63,670 bases of DNA, from the NCBI RefSeq assembly GCF_004010195.1, contig NC_057719.1, positions 12,096,332 through 12,160,001 of the forward strand, read 5' to 3'. Position 1 is the stretch's first letter. Each line of letters begins with the position of its first letter. A model generated the notes under the pieces. It saw nothing but the letters and a program-made list of their open reading frames with translations, was not told the DNA's origin and did not search any database. The position numbers were made by a program, and so were the translations under genes. Shown here in pieces: positions 1-12,900 of the stretch. Source of the stretch: Chiloscyllium plagiosum (lineage: Eukaryota).

Positions 1-231
1 AGATAGGATAGTGAAGAAGGCATTTGGTATGCTTTCCTTTATTGGTCAGAATATTGAGTACAGGAGTTGGGAGGTCATGTTGTGGCTGTACAGGACATTG
101 GTTAGGCCACTGTTGGAATATTGCGTGCAATTCTGGTCTCCTTCCTATTGGAAAGATGTTGTGAAACTTGAAAGGGTTCAGAAAAGATTTACAAGGATGT
201 TGCCAGGGTTGGAGGATCTGAGCTACAGGGT
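1..231 (+). mobile_element. CR1 (HER1-like) LINE ORF2 fragment
   Basis: LYRTLVRPLLEYCVQFWSP...LERVQKRFTRMLPGL, typical CR1 RT C-terminus. Confidence 0.9.
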
Positions 232-595
232 GTTCCCTCCTTAATTTTGGTCATTCTTTTTTCTTATATTCTGTCCAAGTTTCTAGCCTACCACTTATCT
301 TTGGAAAATTATATGCTTTTACTTTTTGTTTGATGTCACAATCTTCATAGTCAACTACTGAATATAGTTCCATTTCTTTGGTTTTTTTAATTCATTGGGA
401 TACATTCTATGAAATATCCTCCGAAATGTTTGTCAATGCATCTCAATTGACTCATTTAACCTAATTTGTCAATTAATTTTAGCCAGCTCTGCTCTCATGC
501 CCTCATAGTACCCCTTACTTAATTTTTAAAAAAATAGCCTTGGACCCATATTTATGGCATGAGAGACTCATCCAAAATTAGGAACTGAACATATT

Positions 596-933
596 TTAGA
601 ATTAGAATTCCTATAGAGTGGGCCAAAGGGCCTGTTTCCAACAAGTCCACACCAAACCCCTCCAAAGAGTAATCCAATCAGACCCATTTCCCTACCATAC
701 GTTTACTTCAGACTATTGCACCTAACGTACACATCCCTGCACATTATGGGCAATTTAGCATGGCCAATTCAGCTAACCTGCATATCTTTGGACTGTGGGA
801 GGAAACCGGAGCATCCAGAGGAAACCCAGGCAGACACAGGGAGAATACACAAACTCCACCTGAGGCTGGAATTGAACCTGGGTCCCTAGTGCTATGAGGC
901 AGCAGTACTAACCATTGAGCCACCGTGCCACCC
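596..933 (-). mobile_element. HE1-like tRNA-derived SINE
   Basis: GGCACGGTGGCTCAATGGTTAG (A box), GGTTCAATTCC (B box), CR1-like 3' tail, TCTAA repeats. Confidence 0.88.
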
Positions 934-1181
934 AAGCTGCATTTTACTTAGTATTTCAAATCAAGTATGCAAACACAGAAACTAGCTATTTTGCCTAACT
1001 AACTATCCCTGAAATCAAATATGCTACATTTCTCAGGTACTCTGATGTTGCACATTTCATATTCTTGCCAACGTTCAGCTAAAGAAGTTTCTCCTAAATT
1101 CTCAACAACACTGGACTATTAAAGCTGCGCACAGGAAGTTTACTTTTTTTAAAGTTCAAGGTATTTTCTGTGATAACATAC

Positions 1182-1283
1182 AGTTTTTCCAAGTTTGATA
1201 ACTAGTTTCTCAAGGCTGAGGTGATCCTTAAAGTTTGGATGGGCCTTTCTTCTACGATACTCATCTTCTGTTAACACATCTTC
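1182..1283 (-). CDS. AK7: AK7 exon 5 ([34 protein letters not shown])
   Basis: tttttgcag acceptor, GTATGT donor, 102 nt, phase 0-0; YRRRKxHPNF motif of AK7; gene continues beyond the window start. Confidence 0.95.
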
Positions 1284-1462
1284 CTGCAAAAAAAGGAGTT
1301 TATTTGAGTTTTTATGGCAATAAAACACATTACAACATCAAAAGCAAATGTAAAAATATACATCACCTTATCATTAAATGCAGAATGTATGTATCATGGA
1401 GAGTGTACAAGGCAGCAATTAAAGCATTCAGATTTTTTTCTCCAAATTTCCTTTCTCATTAA

Positions 1463-1759
1463 GGTGAAAGTGAGGTCTGCAGATGCTGGAGATCAGAGCT
1501 GGAAATGTGTTGCTGGAAAAGCGCAGCAGGTCAGGCAGCATCCAAGGAACAGGAGAATCGACGTTTCGGGCATAAGCCCTTCTTCAGGAATGGGGAAAGT
1601 TTGTCCAGCAGGCTAAGATAAAAGGTAGGGAGGAGGGACTTGGGAGAGGGGCATCGGAAATGTGATAGATGCCCTCTCCCAAGTCCCTCCTCCCTACCTT
1701 TTATCTTAGCCTGCTGAACAAACTTTCCCCATTCCTGAAGAAGGGCTTATGCCCGAAAC
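1463..1759. mobile_element. Penelope-derived terminal repeat as a fold-back, with hammerhead-like cores
   Basis: Arms 1563-1655 and 1668-1759 are reverse complements; CTGAAGA-A-GGGC-TTAT-GCCC-GAAAC on both strands. Confidence 0.8.
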
Positions 1760-1930
1760 TCTGTTAATCTTTGTTCATTCATACCATAGGTTCATACGAA
1801 GTTTCATAATCGACAGGCACATGCTCCTGGCAGTGACACCTCCTGTCTTAGCTTCTCATACGATGGCAACACCCTGGCCTCACGTGGTGGTATGTGTCTG
1901 TTTCTGTACATATAAATATGTGCCTCGTAA

Positions 1931-2572
1931 GTACTGCGCAAGTGTTGCACCTCCTGCGGTTGCAAGGGAAGGTGCCGGGAGTGGTGGTTGGGTCGGTGGG
2001 GTGTGTGGATCTGACAAGGGAGTCGCGGAGGGAGTGGTCTCTACGGAAAGCTGATAGGGGAGGGGAGGGGAATATATCCTTGGTGCTGGGGTCTGTTTGG
2101 AGGTGGCGGGAGTGACGGCGGATGGTGCGCTGTACATGGAGATTGGTGGGGTGGTAGGTGAGGACCAGTGGGGTTCTGTCCTGGTGGCGGTTGGAGGGGC
2201 GGGGTTCAAGGGCGGAGGATCGGGAAGTGGGAGAGATGCGGTGGAGGGCATCGTCGACCATGTCGGGGGGGAAATTGCGGTCCTTGGAGAAGGAGGCCAT
2301 CTGTGTTGTACGTATTTTGGACTGGTCCTCCTGGGAGCAGATGCGGCGGAGTCGAAGGAATTGGGGGAATGGGATGGCGTTTTTACAGGGGGCAGGGTGG
2401 GAGGAGGTGTAGTCCAGGTAGCTGTGGGAGTCGGTTGGTTTGTAGTAGATGTCCGTGTTGATTCGGTCGCCTGAGATGGAAATAGAAAGGTCGAGGAAGG
2501 GGAGGGAGGAATCTGAGACTGTCCAGGTGAATTTGAGGTCGGGGTGGAAGGTGTTGGTGAAGTGGATGAACA
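1931..2572 (-). mobile_element. Penelope-like retroelement RT/linker fragment
   Basis: FHPDLKFT...LPFLDLSI...TDIYYKPTDSHSYLDYTSSHP...FPCNRRRCNTCA, characteristic of PLE RT and the Cys linker. Confidence 0.9.
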
Positions 2573-4451
2573 GCAATATCTGGAGATCAACATGTTTCAT
2601 AACTTTATGGTGCACTGATCTTGTCCCTTCCTCTAAGCCAGGAAGTCCGGGTTCATGGCCCACATGCTCCAGAGCTATATACAAACATCTCTGAACAGGT
2701 TGATTAAAAATATCTATAGCATAGCCTTATTGGTTGCATCTGCAAAGGAGTCACTAATCAAATCTGCAGTTTTGTTTAATCTGCCTTCAAAAAGCTCCAT
2801 GAAATCACAGAGTCCAGGCAAAAAAAAAATTGAAAAGTGTGGTGCTGGAAAAACACAGCAGGTCAGGCAGCACAATGTTCCTGCTGAATTACATGCATTT
2901 GAAGTCAGTTGGATGGTACTATGCAGGATTTACTCTGTATTAAATACTATAAATGCATGGCAGAGCAAGAAAATTTAAAGGTACAATGCTTTCAAAAACT
3001 GGGCACACACAATTATAAATTTAGAAGGGAGCCTTTGTGCAGAGCTGTACAATCTTAAACTCAGACATCTGCAGCAATCAAGCAGCACAGCTTCAAAGCT
3101 GTCTCTTCTTATGGAATGGTGCCCAGGAGTGACAAAATTGTCCAAATTCAATGTAATTAACTAATACAGGACTGTCTCTACTTATATCTGTCATTTTTCC
3201 AATCTTTCTTTCTGAGGTTTGGGCCATATATATCCCATTTGATTGGTCTACACTTCTGGGAAAGGAACTGCAATGGCTTGCCATTGCGTTTTGAAGGATA
3301 GCTCATCAGAAAAGTCTCCTACTCTTATCACCTGCCATCAGACATATTGGAAGGATTTATAATATGATAACGAACTCGAATTTCTGGTGTGGGGCTCAAA
3401 CCGCAAGCTTCTGGTTCAGAGGTATGGATAATATTACTGTACCAAAAGTCCTTCTATTTCTACTTCAGAAGCAATGAAACAAGGAGTCAATAGCTGGGCT
3501 ACAGCACCATTGCAGAGTGACATGATCTTGGGTTGTCTTTCTGTTCATGCATGCCTGGTATTTGCCATCCTCCTCATCCTTGAGCTTTAACAAAGGCTTT
3601 TAATGTGTTGAGGTGCTTTTTAGAAATTTTCAAAGCATTTCAGAAATGTTGCAACCTCATTTTGCATATCTTTTTAATGGTCCCCAGCCTTTTAAATTTC
3701 ATCAGTGCACACATTGTATTTCCTGCACCCATACAAATCCTCAACTGGACCTAAATACAGAAAACCAAATGCAAATTTAGGTACTTCCATGCAGATTTTT
3801 AAAATGTTCTTATCATTAATGTCAAAACTATATCAATATTAGGAAATCTAGTAGAGGTATCATCACAAGTGCTAGATGGCAATCAGTAGTTGGAATACTG
3901 GTGGCATTTTCCTTTCCCTTTTCGAGGGAATAAAACATAAATATGGCAAGCTGAGTAATACCTTTAGTTCTGTAAAATTTTGCAAACCAGCTCAGTTCAT
4001 TTATTCTCAGTTTTAGAGCAATTTAGAAAAACACATTAGGGACATGACTACAACATGCTCAGCAAATACAGTGACTGATGGGGAATCACGATGGCAGTGT
4101 CCATCTGAAATTGTAATTTAGATTTTAAGCCAATTTCCTTTCAGGATTAATAAATGTAACATCACTAAGTTTATTGAGGAGCAACTTGCACTTCAACTAT
4201 ATTTTCAATTGGCCACAGTTTGTTCAATCAATCAGCACATCTACAAAATTTTCAGGCAATTAAAATTAATGCACAAATCACTCATGATCAATGGGTTTTG
4301 TGTTCTGAACGTTAGTTCCTTCTTAAATGTTAGTAAAACTCAACTGCAATAAATGCTTAATTTTGTAACACAATTAAAAGACAGCTGCTATGCAAATTAA
4401 TTTTATTAATAATTAAATAACAAATGTCAAAATATTTTGAAATTTTCTTAC

Positions 4452-4546
4452 AGGATCGGTGGACTTGGTTTGTCCCCATGTCATTATTGTTGACAACAGA
4501 ATGAATGTTTTTGAGCTTTCGAAATTTCCTATCTCTGAATGCAATG
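4452..4546 (-). CDS. AK7: AK7 exon 4 (ALHSEIGNFESSKTFILLSTIMTWGQTKSTDP)
   Basis: Polypyrimidine tract plus acag acceptor, GTAAGA donor, 95 nt, phase 1-0; matches AK7 FILLSTVMTWARSK; not in the ORF track. Confidence 0.95.
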
Positions 4547-4729
4547 CTGTAAAGAAAGAAGAGAAAGGAAAATAAACACTACCCTTTCGCATTTTTCATT
4601 GTTTATGTGGTTCAGAAAAAGCCAAGAAAATGTACAATATTTATTCAGAATTGTATTTTTTAATTTAATTGCAAAACACTGAGAACTTGAAATGATTGAT
4701 AACTTGGTCAGTTTTCCCTCACTGTGAGA

Positions 4730-5012
4730 AAGTCAGAAACTGCTGGAAAAACCTAGCAAGTCAGGCAACACCTGTGGAGAGAAAGTAGAGTTTAGCAACG
4801 CAAAATGTGGTCTCTTCTGCAGTGGGGAGATAAATCACAGGCTGGTCGACTGCTTTGCAGAACACCTACATTCTGTTTGCCTGTCATTTCAACACACCAC
4901 CATGCTCCCTGGCCAACATCTCTGTCTCGGGCTTGCTACGGTGTTCCAGAAAAGCTCAGCACAAAGTGGAAGAACAACATCTCATTTTCTACCCCCTCAA
5001 TATCAAGTTCAA
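4730..5012 (+). mobile_element. Degraded Penelope fragments (terminal repeat plus GIY-YIG region)
   Basis: Similar to the terminal repeats and endonuclease region of other PLE copies in the window. Confidence 0.55.
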
Positions 5013-5017
5013 TAATT

Positions 5018-6440
5018 TTAGGGCCTGAGCAGATTGGAAAACAGCAAATGTGACATTTCTGTGTAAAAAGGGAGATAGACGAAAGAGTTAGTTTAACTTC
5101 TGTAGTGGGGAAATGCTTGAATCTATTATCAAGGAAGAAATAGCAAGACATCTAGATAGTTGGGCAGACGGAGAATGGGTTCGTGAAAGGCAGGTGAAAG
5201 GCAGGGTATGCCTGACGAGTATACTGGAATTTTATAAAAATATTATAAGCATGGTGGACAATGGACACCCAGTAGATGTAGTGTATCTCGATTTCCAAGA
5301 GGCATTTGGCAAGGTGCAGCACAAAACGCTGCTGCATAAGATAAAGATCCATGACATTACAGGCAATGTATTAGCATGGACAGAGGTTTGGTTAACTAAC
5401 AGGAAACAAAGAGTGGGGATAAATGAGTGCTTTTCTGGTTGGCGATCAGTGGCTAGTGGTGTGCCTCAGGGATCAATGTTGGGATAGCAATTATTCACAA
5501 TTTATATAGATGATTTGGAGTTGGGGACCATGTATACTGTGTTAAAGTTTATAGATGACACTAGGACAAGTGGTAGAGCAAAGTGTGCAGAGGACTGTGA
5601 AACTTTGCAGAGGGATATAGATACATTAAGTGAGTGGGCATAGGTCTGGCAGATGGAGTACAATGTCAATAAATGTCAAGTCATCCATTTCAGTGGGAAT
5701 AACAGTAAAAAGGGCGATTATTTGAATAGTAAAAAATTGCAACATGCTGTTGTGCAGAGAGACCTGGGTGTCCTTGTGCGTGAATCACAGAAGGTTGGTC
5801 TGCAGGTAATTAAGAAGGCAAATGGAATACACTGGCACTAAAGGGCGTGCAGAGAAGGCTCACTAGATTGATTCTGCAGTTGAGGGGATTGGTTTATGAG
5901 CTGTATAGGGTGCTGGTGAGGCCACACCTGGAGTACTGTACGTAGTTTTGGTCTCCTTACTTGAGAAAGGATACACTGGCACTAAAGGGCGTGCAGAGAA
6001 GGCTCACTAGATTGATTCTGCAGTTGAGGGGATTGGTTTATGAGGAGAGACTGAGTAGATTACGATTATATTCATTGGAATTTAGAAGAATGAGGGGGGA
6101 TCTTACAGAAATATATAAAATTATGAAGGGAATAGGTAAGATAGAAATTGAGGGGATGTTTCCACTGGTGGGTGAAACTATGACAAGAGGGCAGAGCCTC
6201 AAAATAACGAGGAGTAGATTTAGGACCGAAGAGAGAAGGAATGTCTTCACCCAGTACGTTGTGAATCTGTGGAATTCAGTGCCCAGTGGAGCAACTGAGG
6301 CCACATTGTTGAATGTTCTTAAGGTAAAGATAGATAATTTTTTTAAGAGTAAAGGAGTTGAGGGTTATATTGAGAGGATGGGAAAGTGGAGCTGAAGGCC
6401 ATAAAAATATCAGCCATGATCTTGTTGAATGGCGAAGTGG
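5018..6440 (+). mobile_element. CR1 LINE, 5'-truncated, frameshifted RT
   Basis: VDVVYLDFQEAFGKV, SGVPQGSMLG, RMRGDLTEIYKIMKG. Confidence 0.9.
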
Positions 6441-6594
6441 ACTCTTTTCTGCTTCCCCCTCTGTGCTATACTTCTGGTTAAGTTTGCTTGGTATGCTTGA
6501 CACCTTCCAGGACAAAGCACTCCACTTAGAATCATAGAGATGTACAGCCTGGAAACTGACCCTTCAGTCTAACTTATCCATGCCAATCAGATTT

Positions 6595-6735
6595 TTAGCT
6601 ACAGTCAATTCTGAAGAAGGGTCACTGGACCCAAAACATTAACTATGCTTTCTTTCCACAACTGCTGCCTGACATGCTGAGTTTTTCCAGCAATTTCTGA
6701 CTTTGTTACTGATTTCCAGTATCCCGCAGCTCTTC
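6595..6735 (+). mobile_element. Short Penelope-derived element with degenerate hammerhead core
   Basis: CTGAAGA-A-GGGTC-ACTG-GACCC-AAAAC at 6611-6637, followed by a GCTGCCTGAC..GCTGAGTTTTTCCAGC tail shared with other copies. Confidence 0.7.
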
Positions 6736-6820
6736 ACTCTTTTCTGCTTCCCCCTCTGTGCTCTACTTCTGGTTAAGTTTGCTTGGTATGCTTGACACCT
6801 TCCAGGACAAAGCACTCCAC

Positions 6821-7432
6821 TTAGAATCATAGAGATGTACAGCATGGAAACTGACCCTTCAGTCTAACTTATCCATGCCAATCAGATTTCCTACATTAAT
6901 TTAGTCCCATTTGCCAGCATTTGGCCCTTGTCCCTCGAAACCCTTCCAGTTCATATACCCATTCAGAGACCTTTTAAATGTTGTAATTATACCAGCCTCC
7001 ACCACTTCCTCTGGCGGTTTATTCCATGCATGCACCATCCTCTGCATGAAAAGATTGCACCTTACGTCCCTTTTAAATGTTTCCCCTCTCACCTTAAACC
7101 TCTGCCCTTTAGTTTTGAACTCTCCTACCCTGTGGAAAAGACCTTGACTATTCACCCCATCCATGCCTGCCATGATTTCATATATTTCTATAAGGTCACC
7201 CCTCAGCCTCCAAAGCGCCAGGGAAACTAGCCCCAACCTATTTGGCCTCTCCCTATAGCTCAAACCGTTCAACACTGGCAACCTTCCTGTAAATCTTTTC
7301 TGAACCCTTTCAAGTTTCGCAACATCTTTCCTCTAGCAATGAGACCAGAATTGAATGTGTTATTATAAAAGTGGCCTAACTAATGTCCTTTACAGCCACA
7401 ACATGACGTCCCAACTCCGATACTCAATGCAC
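6821..7432 (-). mobile_element. CR1 (HER1-like) LINE 3' fragment
   Basis: RLRGDLIEIYEIM...WNKPPEEVVEAG plus 3' UTR. Confidence 0.9.
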
Positions 7433-7659
7433 TTTATTGGCATCCCATTTGCCACCTTCAATATTTACTCTCTTCACTACTGATGCAAAGCACTACAAGA
7501 TGCACTGCAGTAACTCACCGAGGCTCCTCTAACAGTACCTTCCAAACCCACAAATTTTACTCCTAGAAGAAAAAAAGTAGTAGACACATGGAACAGTACC
7601 ACGTGGAAGCTCCGCTCCAAACAAAATACCGCCCAGAATTGGAATTATATCGCAATCCT

Positions 7660-8518
7660 TGGGGGAGGTAACTGGGAAAGTGATAGGTGGATAAAGGTGA
7701 GGGAGAAGGGATAGGTCAGAGGGGGCAGTGATGAATGGGTTCGGAGGGTAGTGCCGAGTTGGAGGTTTGGGACTGGGAATAATGTGGGGGTAGGGGAAAT
7801 GAGGAAGTTGTTCAAATCCACATTTATCCCACATGGTTGCAGGGTCCCAAAGCGGAATATGAAGCGTTCCTCCTCCAGGCGTCGGATGGTAACGGTTTGG
7901 CAGTGGAGGAAACCCAGGACCTGCATATCCTTGTTGGAGTGGGAGGGGGAGTTGAAGTGTTCAGCCATGTGGCGATGGAGTTGGTGTGTCCGGGTGTCCC
8001 AGAGGTGTTCTCTGAAACTATCCACAAGAAGGCGTCCTGCCTCCCCAATATAGAGGAGACCACAGCAAGTGCAATAGATGCAGTAGATGACATTGGTAGA
8101 GGTGCAGGTGAATTTCTGACAGATGTGGAAGGATTCCTTGACGCCTTGGACGGAAGTGAGGGGACTGGTGTGGGCACAGGTTTTGCACTTCCTGCCGTGG
8201 CAGGGAAAGGTGCCAGGAGTTAGATGTGGGCTGGTGGTGGATGTGTCCTGATGAGGGAATTGTGGAGGGAATGGCTTTTTTGGAACATTGATGGGGTGGG
8301 GAGGGAAATATATCTCTGATGGTGGGGTCCTTTTGGAGGTGGAAGAGGATGAAGTGTTGTATGCGGAGGTTGGTGGGGTGGAAGGTGAGGACCAGTGGGG
8401 TTCTGTCCTTGTTGCACTGGGAGAGGTGGGATTCAAGGGCGGTGGTGCGTGAAGTGGAGGAGATGTGCCGGAGGGCCTCGTCAACCACGTGGGAAGGGAA
8501 GTTGCGATTGTGGAAGAA
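7660..8518 (-). mobile_element. Penelope-like element, GIY-YIG endonuclease region
   Basis: FPCHGRKCKTCAH...NVIYCIYCTCCGLLYIGEAGR...FREH...FRFGTLQPCGIN. Confidence 0.9.
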
Positions 8519-9129
8519 TGTTTTTGGAAGATTTGAGGAAACCTTGGAGGGAAGTACATGAAAGTTTGTTTAGCTTATGTTCAGTGCATCTCCTCCACTC
8601 ATGCAACAGCGCCCTTGAACCCCACCCCTCCCAATGCAACGATAATCTCTGCAAGTTTGGAATCAATCTGTTGAACCTTCTCTGGACTGCTTTAAATATG
8701 GGGATGAAAACTATTCACAAAATTCCAGGTATGGCATTTCTACAGCCTTGGCCACTTTGGAGACTGCCATTAACAGCACTTCTGCTGATATAGACATTTT
8801 CTCCCTGGATGAATGTTCATACTGCATGATTGCTTATGGATAATTCTGATTTTCTGTATTACTGAATTCTTGTCGCTAAGCAACAGCTATTTCATTTGTT
8901 CTCTTCTACTCTGTTTCTAAAGAAGTGAACTATCCACTTCAAGGGTTTTAAAGACTTCATTTAAATACACATAAACAAAACAAATCCCTGGATATTCCTA
9001 CACCATTAACACAGCACATCTGAAATGAGATTAAAAACCATGTCTTGCTCATTCTTAATATTCACAATATAGAAATACAAACAAACTTAAAGTTATAGAT
9101 CTTCTTCCAGGTTAGAACACAAATTCAGA

Positions 9130-12100
9130 AAAAAATAATATTACATATGAACCTTCATCACAATAATAAGTTTATATAGGTACCATAATGGGAAAAGAGT
9201 AACTAAAATTAGCCTCAGTCCTCCAGAGAGTAAGATTGAAGAATTGATGTTGGAAAACAGGGAAATGGCAGACGTTAAACAGGTATTTTGTGTTAGTCCT
9301 CACTGTAGGAGATTTAGAAAACTTCCCAAAGTCACTTCAAAATTAAGAGGTGAATGGAACTTCAACTATCACCATGACCAGAGTCAAGGTCTTGGGTGTA
9401 CTATTAGACCCAAAGACTGACAAGTCCCCAGGAACAGATGATTTGCGTCCGAGGGTCTTGAAGTGGCTGCAGAAATAGAAGATGTACTGGTTATAATCTT
9501 CCAACATTCCTTAGATTCTGGAAAGTATCAGTATATTGGAAATGGCAAACATAATTTTTTTTTAAAGAAAGGAGAGAAAGTAAAAGCATGACATTATAGG
9601 CCAATTAGTCTAATGTCTATCACACAGAAATTGCTAGAATAAATTAAGTAAGTTCTAGCACAACACTAATGATATCATAATCTAATCAGTCAGAGTCAAC
9701 ATTGTTCGGTGAAAAGAAAATCATATTTAACCAATTCATTACAATCTTTGAGTAAGTTAACAACTGAGGTGCATGAGAGGGAACCCATAGATGTGGGTTT
9801 CTTGGATTTACAAAAGACATTTGTTAATGTGTTACAACAATGGCTATGAAGTAAGAGAACATGGCATGGGGTTAACATAGTAGTATGGATAAGATGTCAG
9901 CTATCAGGAGCATAGAGTCATAGAGTCATAGAGATGTACAGCTTGGAAATAGACCCATCCATGCCGACCAGATACCCCAACCCAATTTAGTCCCACCTAC
10001 CAGCACCCGGCCCATATCCCTCCAAACCCTTCCTATTCATATACCCATCCAAATACCTCTCAAAAATGTTGCAATTGTACCAGCTTCCACCACTTCCTCT
10101 GGCAGCTCATTCCATACATGTACCACCCTCTGCATGAAAAGGTTGCCCCTTAGGTCTCTTTTATATCTTTCCCCTCTCACCCTAAAACTATGCCCTCTAG
10201 TTCTGGACTCCCCCACCCCAGGGAATAGACTTTGTCTATTTATCCTANNNNNNNNAAACAGCCCCAGCCTGTTCAGCCTCTCCCTGTAGCTCAGATCCTC
10301 CAACCCTGGCAACATCCTTGTAAATCTTTTCTGAACCCTTTCAAGTTTCACAACATCTTTCCGATAGGAAGGAGACCAGAATTGCACGCAATATTCCAAC
10401 AGCGCCTAACCAATGTCCCATACAGCTGCAACATGACCTCCCAATTTCTGTACTCAATACTCTGACCAATAAAGGAAAGCATACCAAACGCCTTCTTCAC
10501 TATCCTATCTATCTGCGACTCCACTTTCAAGGAGCTATGAACCTGCACTCCAAGGTCTTTTTGTTCAGCAACACTCCCTAGGACCTTACCATTTAGTGTA
10601 TAAGTCCTGCTAAGATTTGCTTTCCCAAAATGCAGCACCTCGCATTTATCTGAATTAAACTCCAAACTTACTAACTGTACTTCTTATGCTCGCATCCAAA
10701 TCATTTATGTGAATGACAAAAAGTAGATGACCCAACACCGATCCTTGTGGCACTCCACTGGTCACAGGCTTCCAGTCTGAAAAACAACCCTCCACCACCA
10801 CCCTTTGTCTTCTACTTTGAGCCAGTTCTGTATCCAAATGGCTAGTTCCCGTTGTATTTCATGAGATCTAACCTTGCTAATCAGTTTCCCATGGGGAACC
10901 TTATCGAACGCCTTTCTGAAATCCATACAGATTACATCCACTGCTCTGCCCTCATCAATCCTCTTTGTTACTTCTTCAAAAACTCAATCAAGTTTGTGAG
11001 ACATGATTTCCCACACACAAAGCCATGTTGACTATCCCTCATCAGTCCTTGCCTTTCCAAATACATGTACATCCTGTCCCTCAGGATTCCTTCCAACAGC
11101 TTGCCCACCACCGACGTCAGGCTCACTCTCTATAGTTCCCTGGCTCGTCCATACCACCTTTCTTAAACAGTGGCACCATGTTAGCCATCCTCCAGTTTTC
11201 CGGCACCTCACCTGTGACTATCGATGATACAAATATCTCAGCAAGAGGCCGAGCAATCACTTATCATGCTTCCCACAGAGTTCTAGGCTTCACCTGATCA
11301 GGTCCATAAGACCATAAGACATAGGAGCGGAAGTAAGGCCATTCGGCCCATCGAGTCCACTCCACCATTCAATCATGGCTGATGGGCATTCAACTCCACT
11401 TACCCACATTCTCCCCGTAGCCCTTAATTCCTTGTGACATCAAGAATTTATCAATTTCTGCCATGAAGACATTTAGCGTCCCAGCCTCCACTGCTCTCTG
11501 CGGCAATGAATCCCACAGACCCACCACTCTCTGGCTGAAGAAATGTCTCTGCATTTCTGTTCTGAATTTACCCCCTCTAATTCTAAGGCTGTGTCCACAG
11601 GAACAAGAAATTAAGGTCCTTGATGTCACAAGGTCCTGGGGACTTATCCACCTTTACCCATTTCAAGACATCCAGCACTTCTTCCTCTGTATTATGGACA
11701 TTTTGCAAGATGTCACCATCTATTTCCCTACAGTCTATGTCTTCCATATCCTTTTCCACAGTAATTACTGATGCAAAATACTCATTTAGTATCTCTCCCA
11801 TTTTCTGCGGCTCCACACAAAGGCCGCCTTGCTGATCTTTGAGGGGTCCTATTCCCTCCCTAGTTACTCTTTTGTCTTTAATGTATTTGTAAAAACTTTT
11901 TGGATTCTCAAATGGATAAATGGCTCTCTTTTGTGTTGGCAAGTTACTTCTACTGGAGTGCTGCAGGGATCATTTCTGGGGCTTCAACTATATATAATCT
12001 ATATCAATGACTTGGATAAAGAAACCAAATGTATGGTAGCTAAATCTGCCAGCAACAGCAAAATAGGTAGAAAATAAGTTGTCAAGAGATGTAAAGAGGA

Positions 12101-12900
12101 TATAGATAAGGTAAGCAAAGAAAATTGACTGATGGAGTATAATGTGGAAAAGTTTTCATTTGTACACTTTGGCAGGAAGAATAGAGAGTAAGTATGCTAT
12201 TTAAATGAAAAGAGATTGTGGACCTCTGTTTCAGAGGGAACTGGATGTCCTGATACATGAATCCCAAAAATTCATATACAAGTACAAGTGATTAGGAAGG
12301 CAAATGGAATGTTGGCATTTATGGCAAGTGGAATGAAATATCATAGAGTCAGAGTCTGAATGCAAAAGTAGGGAATGCAGCTGTACAAGAACTTGATGGG
12401 ATCATAATCAGTAAACTGTGTATAGCTTTGGCCTTCTTATTCAAAAAATGATGTAATTGTGTTAGAAACTGTTCACTCAACTCATTCCAGGGATGAAGAG
12501 GTTATCTTATGCAGAAAGATTGGAATGATAGTGCCTATATCCATAGGCAATCTTAATGAATCATATGCGGTCCTGAGGGCACTTGAGGAGAATATCAGAT
12601 GGATGTTTCTTCTGTGGGGGAGATTAAAAACTAGGGAACACAGTATAAGTGTATGAGGTCTCCGTTTGGTACAGAGATTAGTTTTTTTTCTTTTAGGGAG
12701 TCATTAGCATGTGAAATTGTCTTCACCAGGAGGCAATGGAGACGAAATCAATGAAATTATACAAGGCAGAGTTAGATAAATTTTTGATAGCAAAAGGAGC
12801 CAAGATAGGAACATGGCTCAGGCCTCAATTAAGTCAGCCATAATCTTAAGAATACAGAGCAAACTTGAGGGACCGAAGCTACTCTTGCTCCTAAATCCGA
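9130..12900. mobile_element. Three-level CR1 nest: old + strand CR1 (about 9130-9910 and 11910-12900), interrupted by a minus HER1-like CR1 (9911-11909), itself interrupted by another CR1 3' fragment (11306-11630)
   Basis: Host RT motifs resume after each insertion (SGVPQGS-like motif at 11950); AGGTCC duplicated around the innermost insert; distinct 3' microsatellite tails. Confidence 0.82.

Noticed and set aside
1880..2593. Pro/Thr/Ser-rich 237-aa ORF
   Set aside because: Alternative frame of the C-rich Penelope coding strand.
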